A stretch of DNA of 64,000 bases from a virus: the IMG/VR virus record IMGVR_UViG_3300047160_003799. One strand, written 5' to 3'. A program made the translations under genes and the position numbers. Below the pieces are notes generated by a model, which was given only the letters and a program-made list of their open reading frames with translations, made no database searches and had not been told where the DNA came from. This document shows positions 53,373-61,986 of the stretch, piece by piece. Positions within the stretch are counted from its first letter, which is position 1, and every line of letters starts with the position of its first letter.

Positions 53373-55066
53373 GTCTCCTGTCGATCATTGACCCACCAAT
53401 GCCAACGATCATCGGTAGGGCGCGGAGGCTCATCGATCAGGATGATGACGTAGCGTTCTGGCAAGCCCATGAAACGAGAGATCCAACGTTCTTGCTCTGG
53501 AGATCCTCCAGTCTGTCCACGGCGCCAGTTGGCGGCTGCTTCATCGAAAGCATTGACGTGGAAGCAGTGGATGATGGCTCTGTGCCCATCGTTGGTTCGT
53601 GGCTGTGCGAAGAAGACAGAACCAAGATCGCCCTGCGGCTGCGACCCTTGCCTATCCCAGACCGTGTGACTATCAGGTGTGTGCTCGTTCGCCAAGTACC
53701 GAAAATGACGGTGATTCGCTATGTTGGAAATCTCCGTAAATAGGTCAGCGAACGACACGGCGATTCTATAGTTGTGGATCTGGTCGCGGAGCTTGTTGAA
53801 GGCAGAAACAAGGCTTGCCTCGAACGCTGGGCTACGAGCTTCACTCAACTCGTCCTCATAGACGTTGAGCTTGAACTTAGAGGCTAGCGTCTTGCGAATC
53901 TCCTTCGAGATCGTCTCTGGATCTTCCGTCGTATCGACGTGCTCGTAGTTCTCCTGAGTTGGCAGAAGCTCGTGATAGAGCTTCGCAGCCTCGTGCTGGT
54001 AGTGCATCGCGCTCTCCTCTTTGCTCTTGGAGTAGCCGATGTCCATGCCAGAGCCGTAGTAGGTGAGGCCCTTGCCCTTCATGAGCCGTGAGAAGGCGAT
54101 CTCATCGCTTACGTCACAGTGGAAGATGATGTCTGGGCGCCGCATGTCGTGATAGGCCGCTTCGATGATGCCAGGATCGGCACCACGGAGCTTGTCCCTT
54201 ACGAGGCTCGTATAGACATAGCGGTCGGAGAGCACGATAGCGTTGCGCTTGAGCGCAGGTTCGATGACAGTCTCGTAACGTGCTACTAGATCCGAAGCAT
54301 GAATCAAGCTATACATCGTTGGCGTAAGGATGCGCTCGTCCTTCGCCTTTCTGATTGTATCCTTCAAGAGATCGGATGAGGCCCACTTCGTTGTTACGAC
54401 CTCGTGGCCTTGATCCTCAAGCCAGTTGACGAGCGCCTCTACCTGTGTGCTCTTGCCCGCACCGTCTATACCCTCGAAGACAATCAATAGGCCCTTGCCG
54501 CCATCATCGGCAAACATCTTGTCGGCCATGGCGGCAAGGTCCGATGTGTCCTCCGCCTCTTCGACCTTATGTGGGTTGAAAAGCTGGTGAGCAGCCCGAT
54601 AGACGTACTGGTTGCTGTGGAAGGCGAGCTTAGGCAAGTCCTCAAGAGGACACCAATAGCCGTCCTTCAAGTCCGAACCAGATTCGGCCTTCTCGTCGTC
54701 ACGAACTTCGCTGTAGAAGATGTGATCGTGTACGTCTCGGCCAGCTTCGGGGCTCTTACGAACGGTTAGCTTCGTAAGCTCGTCTGGCTTGCGCTTGATT
54801 GCCGTCTCTTCGCCTAGCTCACGGCAAGCGGCTTCTTCGGGGGTCTCGCCGTCGTCAACGTGACCGCCAGCGAAGAGCCACTCTTTGCCGTCCTTGAACC
54901 CGCCCTTGTGTCGGCCTATGAAGGTCTCGATGGCCTTACTAGTCTTACGCAGGAGGATGATGGAGGCGACGTGCTTTGGAGCATCCTTGCGTTCGAGCAG
55001 AGACTCAACAACCGCTGTAGCAGCCGTTCCGTGGAGGATAGAGGAGATCTGCTCGTTGAGGTCCAT
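53363..55066 (-). CDS. Nudix hydrolase - thymidylate (dNMP) kinase fusion protein with leader-B N-terminus
   Basis: Nudix box GGHVDDGETPEEAACRELGEETAI (GX5EX7REUXEEXGU); P-loop LLIVFEGIDGAGKSTQ and DRYVYTS (TMK DRY/F motif); ~200-aa extra C-terminal domain. Confidence 0.7.
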   Translation of the reverse strand: MDLNEQISSILHGTAATAVVESLLERKDAPKHVASIILLRKTSKAIETFIGRHKGGFKDGKEWLFAGGHVDDGETPEEAACRELGEETAIKRKPDELTKLTVRKSPEAGRDVHDHIFYSEVRDDEKAESGSDLKDGYWCPLEDLPKLAFHSNQYVYRAAHQLFNPHKVEEAEDTSDLAAMADKMFADDGGKGLLIVFEGIDGAGKSTQVEALVNWLEDQGHEVVTTKWASSDLLKDTIRKAKDERILTPTMYSLIHASDLVARYETVIEPALKRNAIVLSDRYVYTSLVRDKLRGADPGIIEAAYHDMRRPDIIFHCDVSDEIAFSRLMKGKGLTYYGSGMDIGYSKSKEESAMHYQHEAAKLYHELLPTQENYEHVDTTEDPETISKEIRKTLASKFKLNVYEDELSEARSPAFEASLVSAFNKLRDQIHNYRIAVSFADLFTEISNIANHRHFRYLANEHTPDSHTVWDRQGSQPQGDLGSVFFAQPRTNDGHRAIIHCFHVNAFDEAAANWRRGQTGGSPEQERWISRFMGLPERYVIILIDEPPRPTDDRWHWWVNDRQETWR

Positions 55067-55073
55067 CTATGAC

Positions 55074-55307
55074 TCACCTTGACGAGTATGCGTGCTCTTC
55101 TACCCGTTCTTTCGGCTTTCGTTTCAACCGTTTCGGCTCTGTAGTAGCCTCGTGGTCGAACGGGAAGTAGGAGTCGATGCTCTTCACAATGAATAGACCC
55201 ACAAACATCGTGAATATCCTGAGTCTATCGAGGTCGGGCGCAAAGATGAGGAAGAAAAGGAATGCTGTGATAGCCCGCACGATCACAGGCTTCCAGTGAT
55301 GGTGCAT
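55074..55307 (-). CDS. small membrane protein (77 aa)
   Basis: ORF track. Confidence 0.4.
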   Translation of the reverse strand: MHHHWKPVIVRAITAFLFFLIFAPDLDRLRIFTMFVGLFIVKSIDSYFPFDHEATTEPKRLKRKPKERVEEHAYSSR

Positions 55308-55438
55308 AGAAACCTCCCTTGCCAGAAGAAGGAGACGCCCTGGACCGACCGTATTTCTACGGCCAGTCCAGAGCGCGGTCCCAAGGTGAATTGGTACTAA
55401 GTCAGGCTGTTTGTCAAGCCTAATCTTCTGAAAAGGTC

Positions 55439-58279
55439 TCAGGTCTCGTAGAAAGCCTTCATCTTCTTGATCCAGTAGTCGCTTTCTTCGGAAAACTCGC
55501 CCTCGTCCATCCAGTGCATCGCGTAGCCATTGCCAGTGCGACCGAACAAGACGACGTGAGGGAAAGCCTCTAGATCGTTCCGCTCCTCGTAATCCTCGCG
55601 CTCCTTGTCGGTCATGGAGGCAAGATCGAAGAGTTCATGGATAATATCTTCTCCATCTTCCAAGTGTTTTGTCTGATGTAGCTTGAAGCCTTCACGTTCA
55701 GCGATCTCACGAATGATATGACGCCATTCATGAGCGTTAGAGCGCTTGACGCGCCTCTTTAGCTCTTTAACGATCTCTTCTTCCCACTTAGGATTGTGCT
55801 TGCCTGCACCAGCAGGGAAGTCGAGTTCGTCTAGCTGCGACTCGTGCTTCTTCTTGTGGCAGTACGGATCATAGGGCGGGCAAGCTCCCAGAGCGTAGCC
55901 AACACGACCGAAAGGAGGCGGCACGATCTTGTCAGATTGGAGCTGCTGTGCTCTACCAGTTCCAGTTCTTCCTGTTCCCATGCCAGTTGGAGCGTGAGCT
56001 GTACCAACGGTCATGCCTGGTCCCATGCTGGAAGCCCCGCCTGAGCTTGTACCAGCCCCGCCAGCAGCTCCGCTAGCTCCACCTGCACCGCCAGCACCAC
56101 CGCCCCCACCTGCGCCTCCTCCACCGCCTCCCCCTCCACCAGCACCTTGCTCAGCTAGACGACGGGCGCGAAGAGCGGCAATCGCTGTATCCTTGAGTGA
56201 TTCTGGCTTAGCTTTCCTCTTCTCTTGCTTCTTCTGTAGGACGCTCTGGCCCATCATCGTGGTGCTTAGATCGGAACGCCACTGTGCAGGATCATCGCCA
56301 CGCATACGCATGAGCTTGAGGGCAGCATCGGACACCTTGCTGTCCTCGATGCCCTTCATCCTGTCAGCTACCTCAGTGCCCCACTTCTTCCTTTCGGTGT
56401 CACGCCTATACTGCCTGAGCTTCTCGATAGCCTTAGCTACGCTATCCTTCTTCGGTGGCCGTGGCCTCTGACCTGCTTCATGGCCGATGTGACTGTGAGC
56501 TTCGGACTCTGATTCGTTGAACTCGTGAAACGACTTCCGCCAGATCGTCCGATACGGTATGGGCGCATTGACAGCAGCTACGAGACTTGGCTGCTGGGAA
56601 GTGATAGTCATCTCGACTTCGTAGCTACCATGCGACGAATCGCTGTATAGCGCAATCTTTTCGAGAGCGTCCTTGAAGTCCTCATCCTTCGGTGGGTACT
56701 TCCATATAGGATGAACGTAACGACCCTTGCTTGCATCATATGGATCGTTCATCGTATGTGCGCTCGATTTCAACGGACCTTCAAAGTGGTAAGTCGAGGT
56801 CCGAAATAGCGATTCCATGTGATTAGGCCACGTTTTCGGATTGGCCTTGATTGTTTGATTCAAAATGTCTTTGAGATCGCCCTCGAACTCAAACCTATTG
56901 CTCTCCTCTAGCTCAGGCTCAGCTTCGAGGTCGAGCGCAGCTTGCCACTTCGCCTTCTCCTTGCGATGACGACGTACAGCATCATCGTCGCCACGATACT
57001 GAGCTTCCTTCTCCTCACGCTCGTGGTGAGCGATGAGAGCATTGAGATCGAGCGCTCCTGGGTTCATGCCTTGCGTCTGGATGGCTTCTTCTGGTCCACG
57101 GGAACGCATTGGCCCAGCCTGGCCTTGACGTTCAAGGTTACAGTCTGGGCAAATTAGGCCAGTCTCGCCAGGGTCATCATCACCTGCGCCAAAGCAGTGC
57201 TTGTCACAGTGAGCAGCCCCACATTCGGAGCACCAACCTGTAGCACGTCCTTGTTCTCTCTCCTTACGGGAGCAGAACTCACAGGCTGGCATCCTGGCTT
57301 CGTAGAAGGTGCTAGTTTCTGTTGAAACTGTATCAACAGAAGTGTCTCCCAGGAGGGGGGTCGCCACTCTTCGGAACTGGTTAGAAATACTCTCTTCCTT
57401 CTTCTTTGCATTCTCTACAGGCGTTGGCTTGCCAATAGGCTGGATCTTGATCGGCTCCTTCGGCTTCTTCTTAGGTTCAGACCCGCTTTTGGCTTCCCCT
57501 GGTGCAGAAGCGGGCTCAGATCTCTTCGTTACCATCTCAGGCTTGCTGAGAGCCTTGAAAGCCTTGCGGACCTTCTTGAGCTTCTTGTGAACCTCTGGAT
57601 CGAGACCCTTCAAGGTCTTCTCGTAATGACGGATCATGCCAGCGTGATAGTGATAGGCGTCCTGCTCCTGTTCCTTCGCTGCCTTGAGCGCCATCTTGAC
57701 GTGGTGCTGTAGAAGGGACACATGAGGATGGGCATCCTCATTGACGCTCTCTGAGCGGCTCTTGCCCTTCCTTGCTTTCCTATAGCCGAAGACAGCCTTC
57801 TTAGCTGCAGCGACAACGTTAGAGGCAGCTCCAGCAGCAGCAATGGTACGGCCAACAGGAGCGTGGAAAGGATGGAGTGTATGGAGCGTGTCTATGGCAG
57901 CTCTCTGCAGGTGGGTCTTGACAGTGGTCTCTGGATCGAAAGCTCCTACAACGGACTTGGCGCCATGGTAGATGGCGTGAGCAGCCACAGCATGTTGTAC
58001 ATGCGGCTGGATAGGCTTGGTGTGAGCATCGAGGTTCTTGAACATACCCTTCGACTGGTACGTAGATGCTAGAGCATGGGAACCAGTCGGAGGTGTGGGC
58101 GGATGATGAGGTGCTGGAGTTGGCTCTGGAGCAGGAGCGGGTGCTGCTCTCCTGGTTTGCCTCTTCCTGGCTTCATCGAGTGTCAGGGAGCCGTCAAGGA
58201 CGGCTTGAATCGTATCCTCGAATTCATTGCACTCAGGCTCGGCCATAGTGATATCTCCATACGATACGAGGCGTGACAC
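55439..58279 (-). CDS. large protein (946 aa) with leader-B-like N-terminus, Cys-rich Zn module and a ~40-residue poly-Gly/Ala tract
   Basis: ORF track; EDTIQAVLDGSLTLDEARK; CEFCSRK...CSECGAAHCDKHC...CPDCN; GAGGGGGGGGGAGGGGGAGGAGGASGAAGGAG. Confidence 0.55.
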   Translation of the reverse strand: MSRLVSYGDITMAEPECNEFEDTIQAVLDGSLTLDEARKRQTRRAAPAPAPEPTPAPHHPPTPPTGSHALASTYQSKGMFKNLDAHTKPIQPHVQHAVAAHAIYHGAKSVVGAFDPETTVKTHLQRAAIDTLHTLHPFHAPVGRTIAAAGAASNVVAAAKKAVFGYRKARKGKSRSESVNEDAHPHVSLLQHHVKMALKAAKEQEQDAYHYHAGMIRHYEKTLKGLDPEVHKKLKKVRKAFKALSKPEMVTKRSEPASAPGEAKSGSEPKKKPKEPIKIQPIGKPTPVENAKKKEESISNQFRRVATPLLGDTSVDTVSTETSTFYEARMPACEFCSRKEREQGRATGWCSECGAAHCDKHCFGAGDDDPGETGLICPDCNLERQGQAGPMRSRGPEEAIQTQGMNPGALDLNALIAHHEREEKEAQYRGDDDAVRRHRKEKAKWQAALDLEAEPELEESNRFEFEGDLKDILNQTIKANPKTWPNHMESLFRTSTYHFEGPLKSSAHTMNDPYDASKGRYVHPIWKYPPKDEDFKDALEKIALYSDSSHGSYEVEMTITSQQPSLVAAVNAPIPYRTIWRKSFHEFNESESEAHSHIGHEAGQRPRPPKKDSVAKAIEKLRQYRRDTERKKWGTEVADRMKGIEDSKVSDAALKLMRMRGDDPAQWRSDLSTTMMGQSVLQKKQEKRKAKPESLKDTAIAALRARRLAEQGAGGGGGGGGGAGGGGGAGGAGGASGAAGGAGTSSGGASSMGPGMTVGTAHAPTGMGTGRTGTGRAQQLQSDKIVPPPFGRVGYALGACPPYDPYCHKKKHESQLDELDFPAGAGKHNPKWEEEIVKELKRRVKRSNAHEWRHIIREIAEREGFKLHQTKHLEDGEDIIHELFDLASMTDKEREDYEERNDLEAFPHVVLFGRTGNGYAMHWMDEGEFSEESDYWIKKMKAFYET

Positions 58280-58331
58280 TCATCAGTAAAAGACTTAGCG
58301 CTCTATCTGCTCAAAGCGCCTGGATTCATTT

Positions 58332-58352
58332 AGCGCCCAAAGGGCGCTTTTC
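58332..58352 (+). terminator. hairpin AGCGCCC-AAA-GGGCGCT followed by TTTTCTG (terminator-like in plus orientation) inside a 208-bp intergenic gap
   Basis: Read directly; gap 58280..58487 also contains an AT-rich stretch (58380-58470) likely carrying the promoter for the 946-aa gene. Confidence 0.35.
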
Positions 58353-58487
58353 TGCTGGTTCCCTAGCACATGCAACTCACACGTGCAACTTCTCATCAAA
58401 CCAAGACAGAATCACGTAAGTTTTGCGGTCTTTCGTAAGAAACTAGATCTAACACTTAGAGCATTAAGCACAGGCTCGCTATGCTCG

Positions 58488-58724
58488 CTACTTCTCTATG
58501 ACTGGATCCTTGAGTGATAGACTCTTCCTCGCTGCTTGGATCGACTTCCTCAGATCTTCCTCTGTATGCTCATCCATTCCGATAGCTAGGTGCCTTGCTC
58601 CATCTGGCATATCTGCTAGCAACTCACCTATGGTACGTGCTGACTTCGTGTGATCGAAGGTGAGCACGAGTATTCCATCGTGTTGAGTTACTGTGAGTCC
58701 GAGCTTAGACAAGTCGCCTAGCAT
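58488..58724 (-). CDS. hypothetical protein (78 aa from internal Met; ORF track 58488..58814)
   Basis: Trimmed so that it abuts rather than overlaps 58729..59181. Confidence 0.4.
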   Translation of the reverse strand: MLGDLSKLGLTVTQHDGILVLTFDHTKSARTIGELLADMPDGARHLAIGMDEHTEEDLRKSIQAARKSLSLKDPVIEK

Positions 58725-58728
58725 ATGG

Positions 58729-59181
58729 TTACATTCCCTTTCTGAGATATCTGAGCTTGTTGGCTTGGTGTTGTGGTGTACTCGTCTTTGAGAAGAATGC
58801 GAACTTGATGTCATCTGGTACTGATACCGTGTGTATCCTCGTTGGATGATAGTATGGGCTGGATGGATCCTGTGCTTGAGTCTGGAGGTTCATCTCATGG
58901 TATTTGAGCCATGCGGCTGCTGTCTCTGGCTCGTGCATAGCTCCACCCATTGTCCTAGCGGTATTGATGGATGCGGCTCCTAGCCTTAGATAGCGCTTGC
59001 CGAATACGGCTGATGGTTCGCCGTGAGAGCGGATAGCATTGGCTACCCACTTAGATACGGCGCCTGTGTCACCCTTCTGACCTTCACGCTGTAGTCTGCG
59101 CTGCTCTGCATCTGATTCGAGCAATGCGTTGATTACATCGTGAGGAGAGGTGCCTTTGATAATGGCATGAATCGGGTCCAT
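58729..59181 (-). CDS. leader-B family protein (MDPIHAIIKGTSPHDVINALL...), 150 aa
   Basis: ORF track. Confidence 0.5.
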   Translation of the reverse strand: MDPIHAIIKGTSPHDVINALLESDAEQRRLQREGQKGDTGAVSKWVANAIRSHGEPSAVFGKRYLRLGAASINTARTMGGAMHEPETAAAWLKYHEMNLQTQAQDPSSPYYHPTRIHTVSVPDDIKFAFFSKTSTPQHQANKLRYLRKGM

Positions 59182-59183
59182 AG

Positions 59184-60422
59184 CTATTCCTCAGCTATTA
59201 CATTCTTGCCGAAATGAGGGATGAGTGGCTTGCCCATGCAGGTCTTGTGAACGTATATGGGGCGCCCGAACTTCTTGCTTAGCACTTCGAGATGTACTAG
59301 TTGGGACATCATCCCCATGTTGCCACATACCTTGCAGGTACGCTTGCCCTCTGCTTCAAGTAGCTCTTTCAGCTTGATACGTGTGTATTCCATGGTGTGC
59401 TCCTTGAGCATGGCTTGAGCGCAGGCCCATGCGGATTGCCACGTGCGGTGCTTGTGGTTGCACGGCGTATCGCTCTTGCTCAGTCCTGCCCATCCTGAGC
59501 CAGAGTAGTGCCTGACGTGATCCTTGGCCTGTTCCCACGCTTTCTTATCTTTGTCCTCTGACTCGTGTTGAGCTGGAGGCGGTGTAGGTAGCTCGTAGTT
59601 GTATGCGAGGGCACGGACCCAATAGTATGGACCAACGATATCATCAGTCCTATCTGGTTCCTCGAACTCGTTCTCTACATCACGAGGGCGGTGAGGATTG
59701 TATGGATGCTTGTAGATAACTTGTACCATGTGTCGCTGTCGAGCTGTATCCCTGTAAACGATTGCGGTAGCGCTGCTGATGTTGGGATACTTACGCTGTC
59801 TGCGATTCTGTGGGAACTTGATAGAGAAGGCACCGATGCGCAGGCCATGGTCGCGTGGAGCACGCTCGTAGTGCTGTAGTAGCTCTACGAAGCTGTTGAC
59901 ACGTAGCCATTCAGCAATGGAGCTGCGCCCTTGTGGGCCTGGACCCACCTGCGCCATACGTTTCATGGCAGCATCGATGCGTGAAAGCATCTCTTGCTCA
60001 GCAGGCGTTAGCTCTGGCTGCTCACGAGCCTCTTGCACAGGGCGATGCAAGCGTTCCCATGTGGTCCAGTGGTTCGTGCTTACCTGCAGTTCGTATGGTG
60101 CGAGTGCTATGGCATGGCCTGTCGGTGTGCGGAAGAGCAGAACACGACGATCTGGGAAAGGTCGTTCTTCTTGTCGTAGATCTACTTGTGTGAGATACTG
60201 CCAATCCTTTGGAACTTTCCAGATACGGTCTTGAAAGTGTGGACCGTAGAAAGCGTTGTCCACAGCCCAATGGTATAGGCGCTCAGCCATGAGCGGCCCT
60301 TGAGCCCTCTCTTTCGAGAAGGCTTGCAGCCTGGTGATGAGCAGCGTATCCTCTGGCGTTAGCTCTGGCATCTTTCGAGCTTCGAGGAGCTGCCTCAGCT
60401 TGAGGCCAACGTACTCAATCAT
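59184..60422 (-). CDS. leader-A family protein (412 aa from MIEYVGLKLRQLLEA) with second leader-A-like copy (MEYTRIKLKELLEAEG) before a C-terminal Zn-ribbon module
   Basis: ORF 59184..60455 trimmed to Met 60422 (ATGA-coupled to upstream gene); internal copy at ~59349-59393. Confidence 0.55.
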   Translation of the reverse strand: MIEYVGLKLRQLLEARKMPELTPEDTLLITRLQAFSKERAQGPLMAERLYHWAVDNAFYGPHFQDRIWKVPKDWQYLTQVDLRQEERPFPDRRVLLFRTPTGHAIALAPYELQVSTNHWTTWERLHRPVQEAREQPELTPAEQEMLSRIDAAMKRMAQVGPGPQGRSSIAEWLRVNSFVELLQHYERAPRDHGLRIGAFSIKFPQNRRQRKYPNISSATAIVYRDTARQRHMVQVIYKHPYNPHRPRDVENEFEEPDRTDDIVGPYYWVRALAYNYELPTPPPAQHESEDKDKKAWEQAKDHVRHYSGSGWAGLSKSDTPCNHKHRTWQSAWACAQAMLKEHTMEYTRIKLKELLEAEGKRTCKVCGNMGMMSQLVHLEVLSKKFGRPIYVHKTCMGKPLIPHFGKNVIAEE

Positions 60423-60814
60423 GGCTGTCCACCCGCCGTATTGCGCCAATACCAATGCTCAGTGTTCGTCCACATTTCATTGGCGCTGGTATCAGCTAGC
60501 AAACGAATGTAGTGGTCGTTGCCTTGAGGCCAGTATGCAATAGCTACTGCATGATAGGCCGTATCTGGGTTGTGGAAGGCCACACGCTCGTTGAACTCAG
60601 CCTTGGTGTGGAGTGGATCGAATGGAACATCTGTGTTATCTATAGGATCGAAGTCACCAAGAACTTCTTCATGGTGTATCCACATATGTGTGGTCAGTTC
60701 TGTGAGATTGCGAAAACGGCCTTGGATAACTTGATATAGAGCTTTGACGACTTGGCCTGCAAAGCCAGTCGCTTCGAGTATTTGCTTGAGCTTTAGTGAT
60801 ACGTGCTCACGCAT
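60419..60814 (-). CDS. leader-A family protein (MREHVSLKLKQILEA), 131 aa
   Basis: ORF track. Confidence 0.5.
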   Translation of the reverse strand: MREHVSLKLKQILEATGFAGQVVKALYQVIQGRFRNLTELTTHMWIHHEEVLGDFDPIDNTDVPFDPLHTKAEFNERVAFHNPDTAYHAVAIAYWPQGNDHYIRLLADTSANEMWTNTEHWYWRNTAGGQP

Positions 60815-61165
60815 TCATTCGCCTTGGCTGTGTGGATCCTGATTCACGTAGCAAGAGATGCAGGTGTGATACTGGCCCTCTGGGATATCTCTGTTGCAGC
60901 CTGGGCACTTGTAAGCTGGCATGTGTCCGTTCGGCTGTGGGAACAGAGGTGGGCGAACAGGCAACCCTGGGATCGGAACCATTGGAACGAGTGGTGGAAT
61001 AAGTTGCATGATTGGCATTGGCGGATTGATTAGAGGCATGATGCCGTGACCTACCTCAAGCCTAGCGATGCTCAGCTCCGCATTTGCAAGGCGCGCTTCG
61101 AGCAGCGTAATACGGTCTATCAATACTTTCATAGTTGATACCAATGCCAATTCCGTCTCGTTCAT
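60815..61165 (-). CDS. coiled-coil / Pro-rich protein with C-terminal Zn-ribbon (CPGC...CISC)
   Basis: ORF 60815..61189 trimmed to Met 61165. Confidence 0.45.
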   Translation of the reverse strand: MNETELALVSTMKVLIDRITLLEARLANAELSIARLEVGHGIMPLINPPMPIMQLIPPLVPMVPIPGLPVRPPLFPQPNGHMPAYKCPGCNRDIPEGQYHTCISCYVNQDPHSQGE

Positions 61166-61596
61166 GTGACATCTTCCCTTCGTGTCCACGAGTATACGGT
61201 GTAACCGCCTTCTGGCAGTGCCCCTGGGTCATCTGCTTCTATGTAGTCAAACAAATAGACCCAGCCGTATTCCTCCCGTCGTGCATGACGTGTAAGTATG
61301 AACGTGGCGTCGGGGGATAGATCATCTATCCGCCAGACAATGCGTGGGCGCAGTGAGTTGATGTAGCTATCTCTGTTGAACAGAGGAACAGAGAGAGCTT
61401 CATTGTGTGCGAAACCATACTCGCGGCTAGTGAGTATGTTCCCCAGCTCGTCATGTTCCCAGCCCTGCGGCTTCTCTATCAGGGCCTTGATCCTGTTCTT
61501 TAGCTGCTGCTCCCATTTGTTCGCAGCTTGATGTTTTGGCCTACGCCCAGCTTCGAGCAATGCTCTGAGCTTGAGGTTGACGAACTCGATTGACAC
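61162..61596 (-). CDS. leader-A family protein (MSIEFVNLKLRALLEA), 144 aa
   Basis: ORF track. Confidence 0.5.
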   Translation of the reverse strand: MSIEFVNLKLRALLEAGRRPKHQAANKWEQQLKNRIKALIEKPQGWEHDELGNILTSREYGFAHNEALSVPLFNRDSYINSLRPRIVWRIDDLSPDATFILTRHARREEYGWVYLFDYIEADDPGALPEGGYTVYSWTRREDVT

Positions 61597-61599
61597 AGA

Positions 61600-61983
61600 T
61601 CACGACTTCGGCTTCTCCAGCTTGGGAGCTGGGCTTGGCTGCATGACCTTCTTGATCGCCTTGCCCTGGTGATGTGCTGCAAGCGCTGCTGCGATTTGGG
61701 CAGGCACAGTCTTTGGCTGAGCTGGTTTCATTCTAGGTGCGGACCAGCCGAAAGGACCAGACTGATGCTCTAGATCATGAGCAGCTAGATGAGCACCGAT
61801 GCGGATACCACGTACCTTACGAGCTGCACGTGTGAGATCCCCCTTGTTGTCCTTAGTATGCCCTGCACTTCTAAACCATCCGATTGACCTCTGTTCGTCA
61901 AGATACGAAGGATCGGTGAGTAGGAGAGCTTGTACAGTCTCCTGCACGCTTCGACCATTCATAACCTGATGGATAGCGTTCAT
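61600..61983 (-). CDS. leader-B family protein (MNAIHQVMNGRSVQETVQALL...), 127 aa
   Basis: ORF track. Confidence 0.5.
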   Translation of the reverse strand: MNAIHQVMNGRSVQETVQALLLTDPSYLDEQRSIGWFRSAGHTKDNKGDLTRAARKVRGIRIGAHLAAHDLEHQSGPFGWSAPRMKPAQPKTVPAQIAAALAAHHQGKAIKKVMQPSPAPKLEKPKS

Positions 61984-61986
61984 AAC

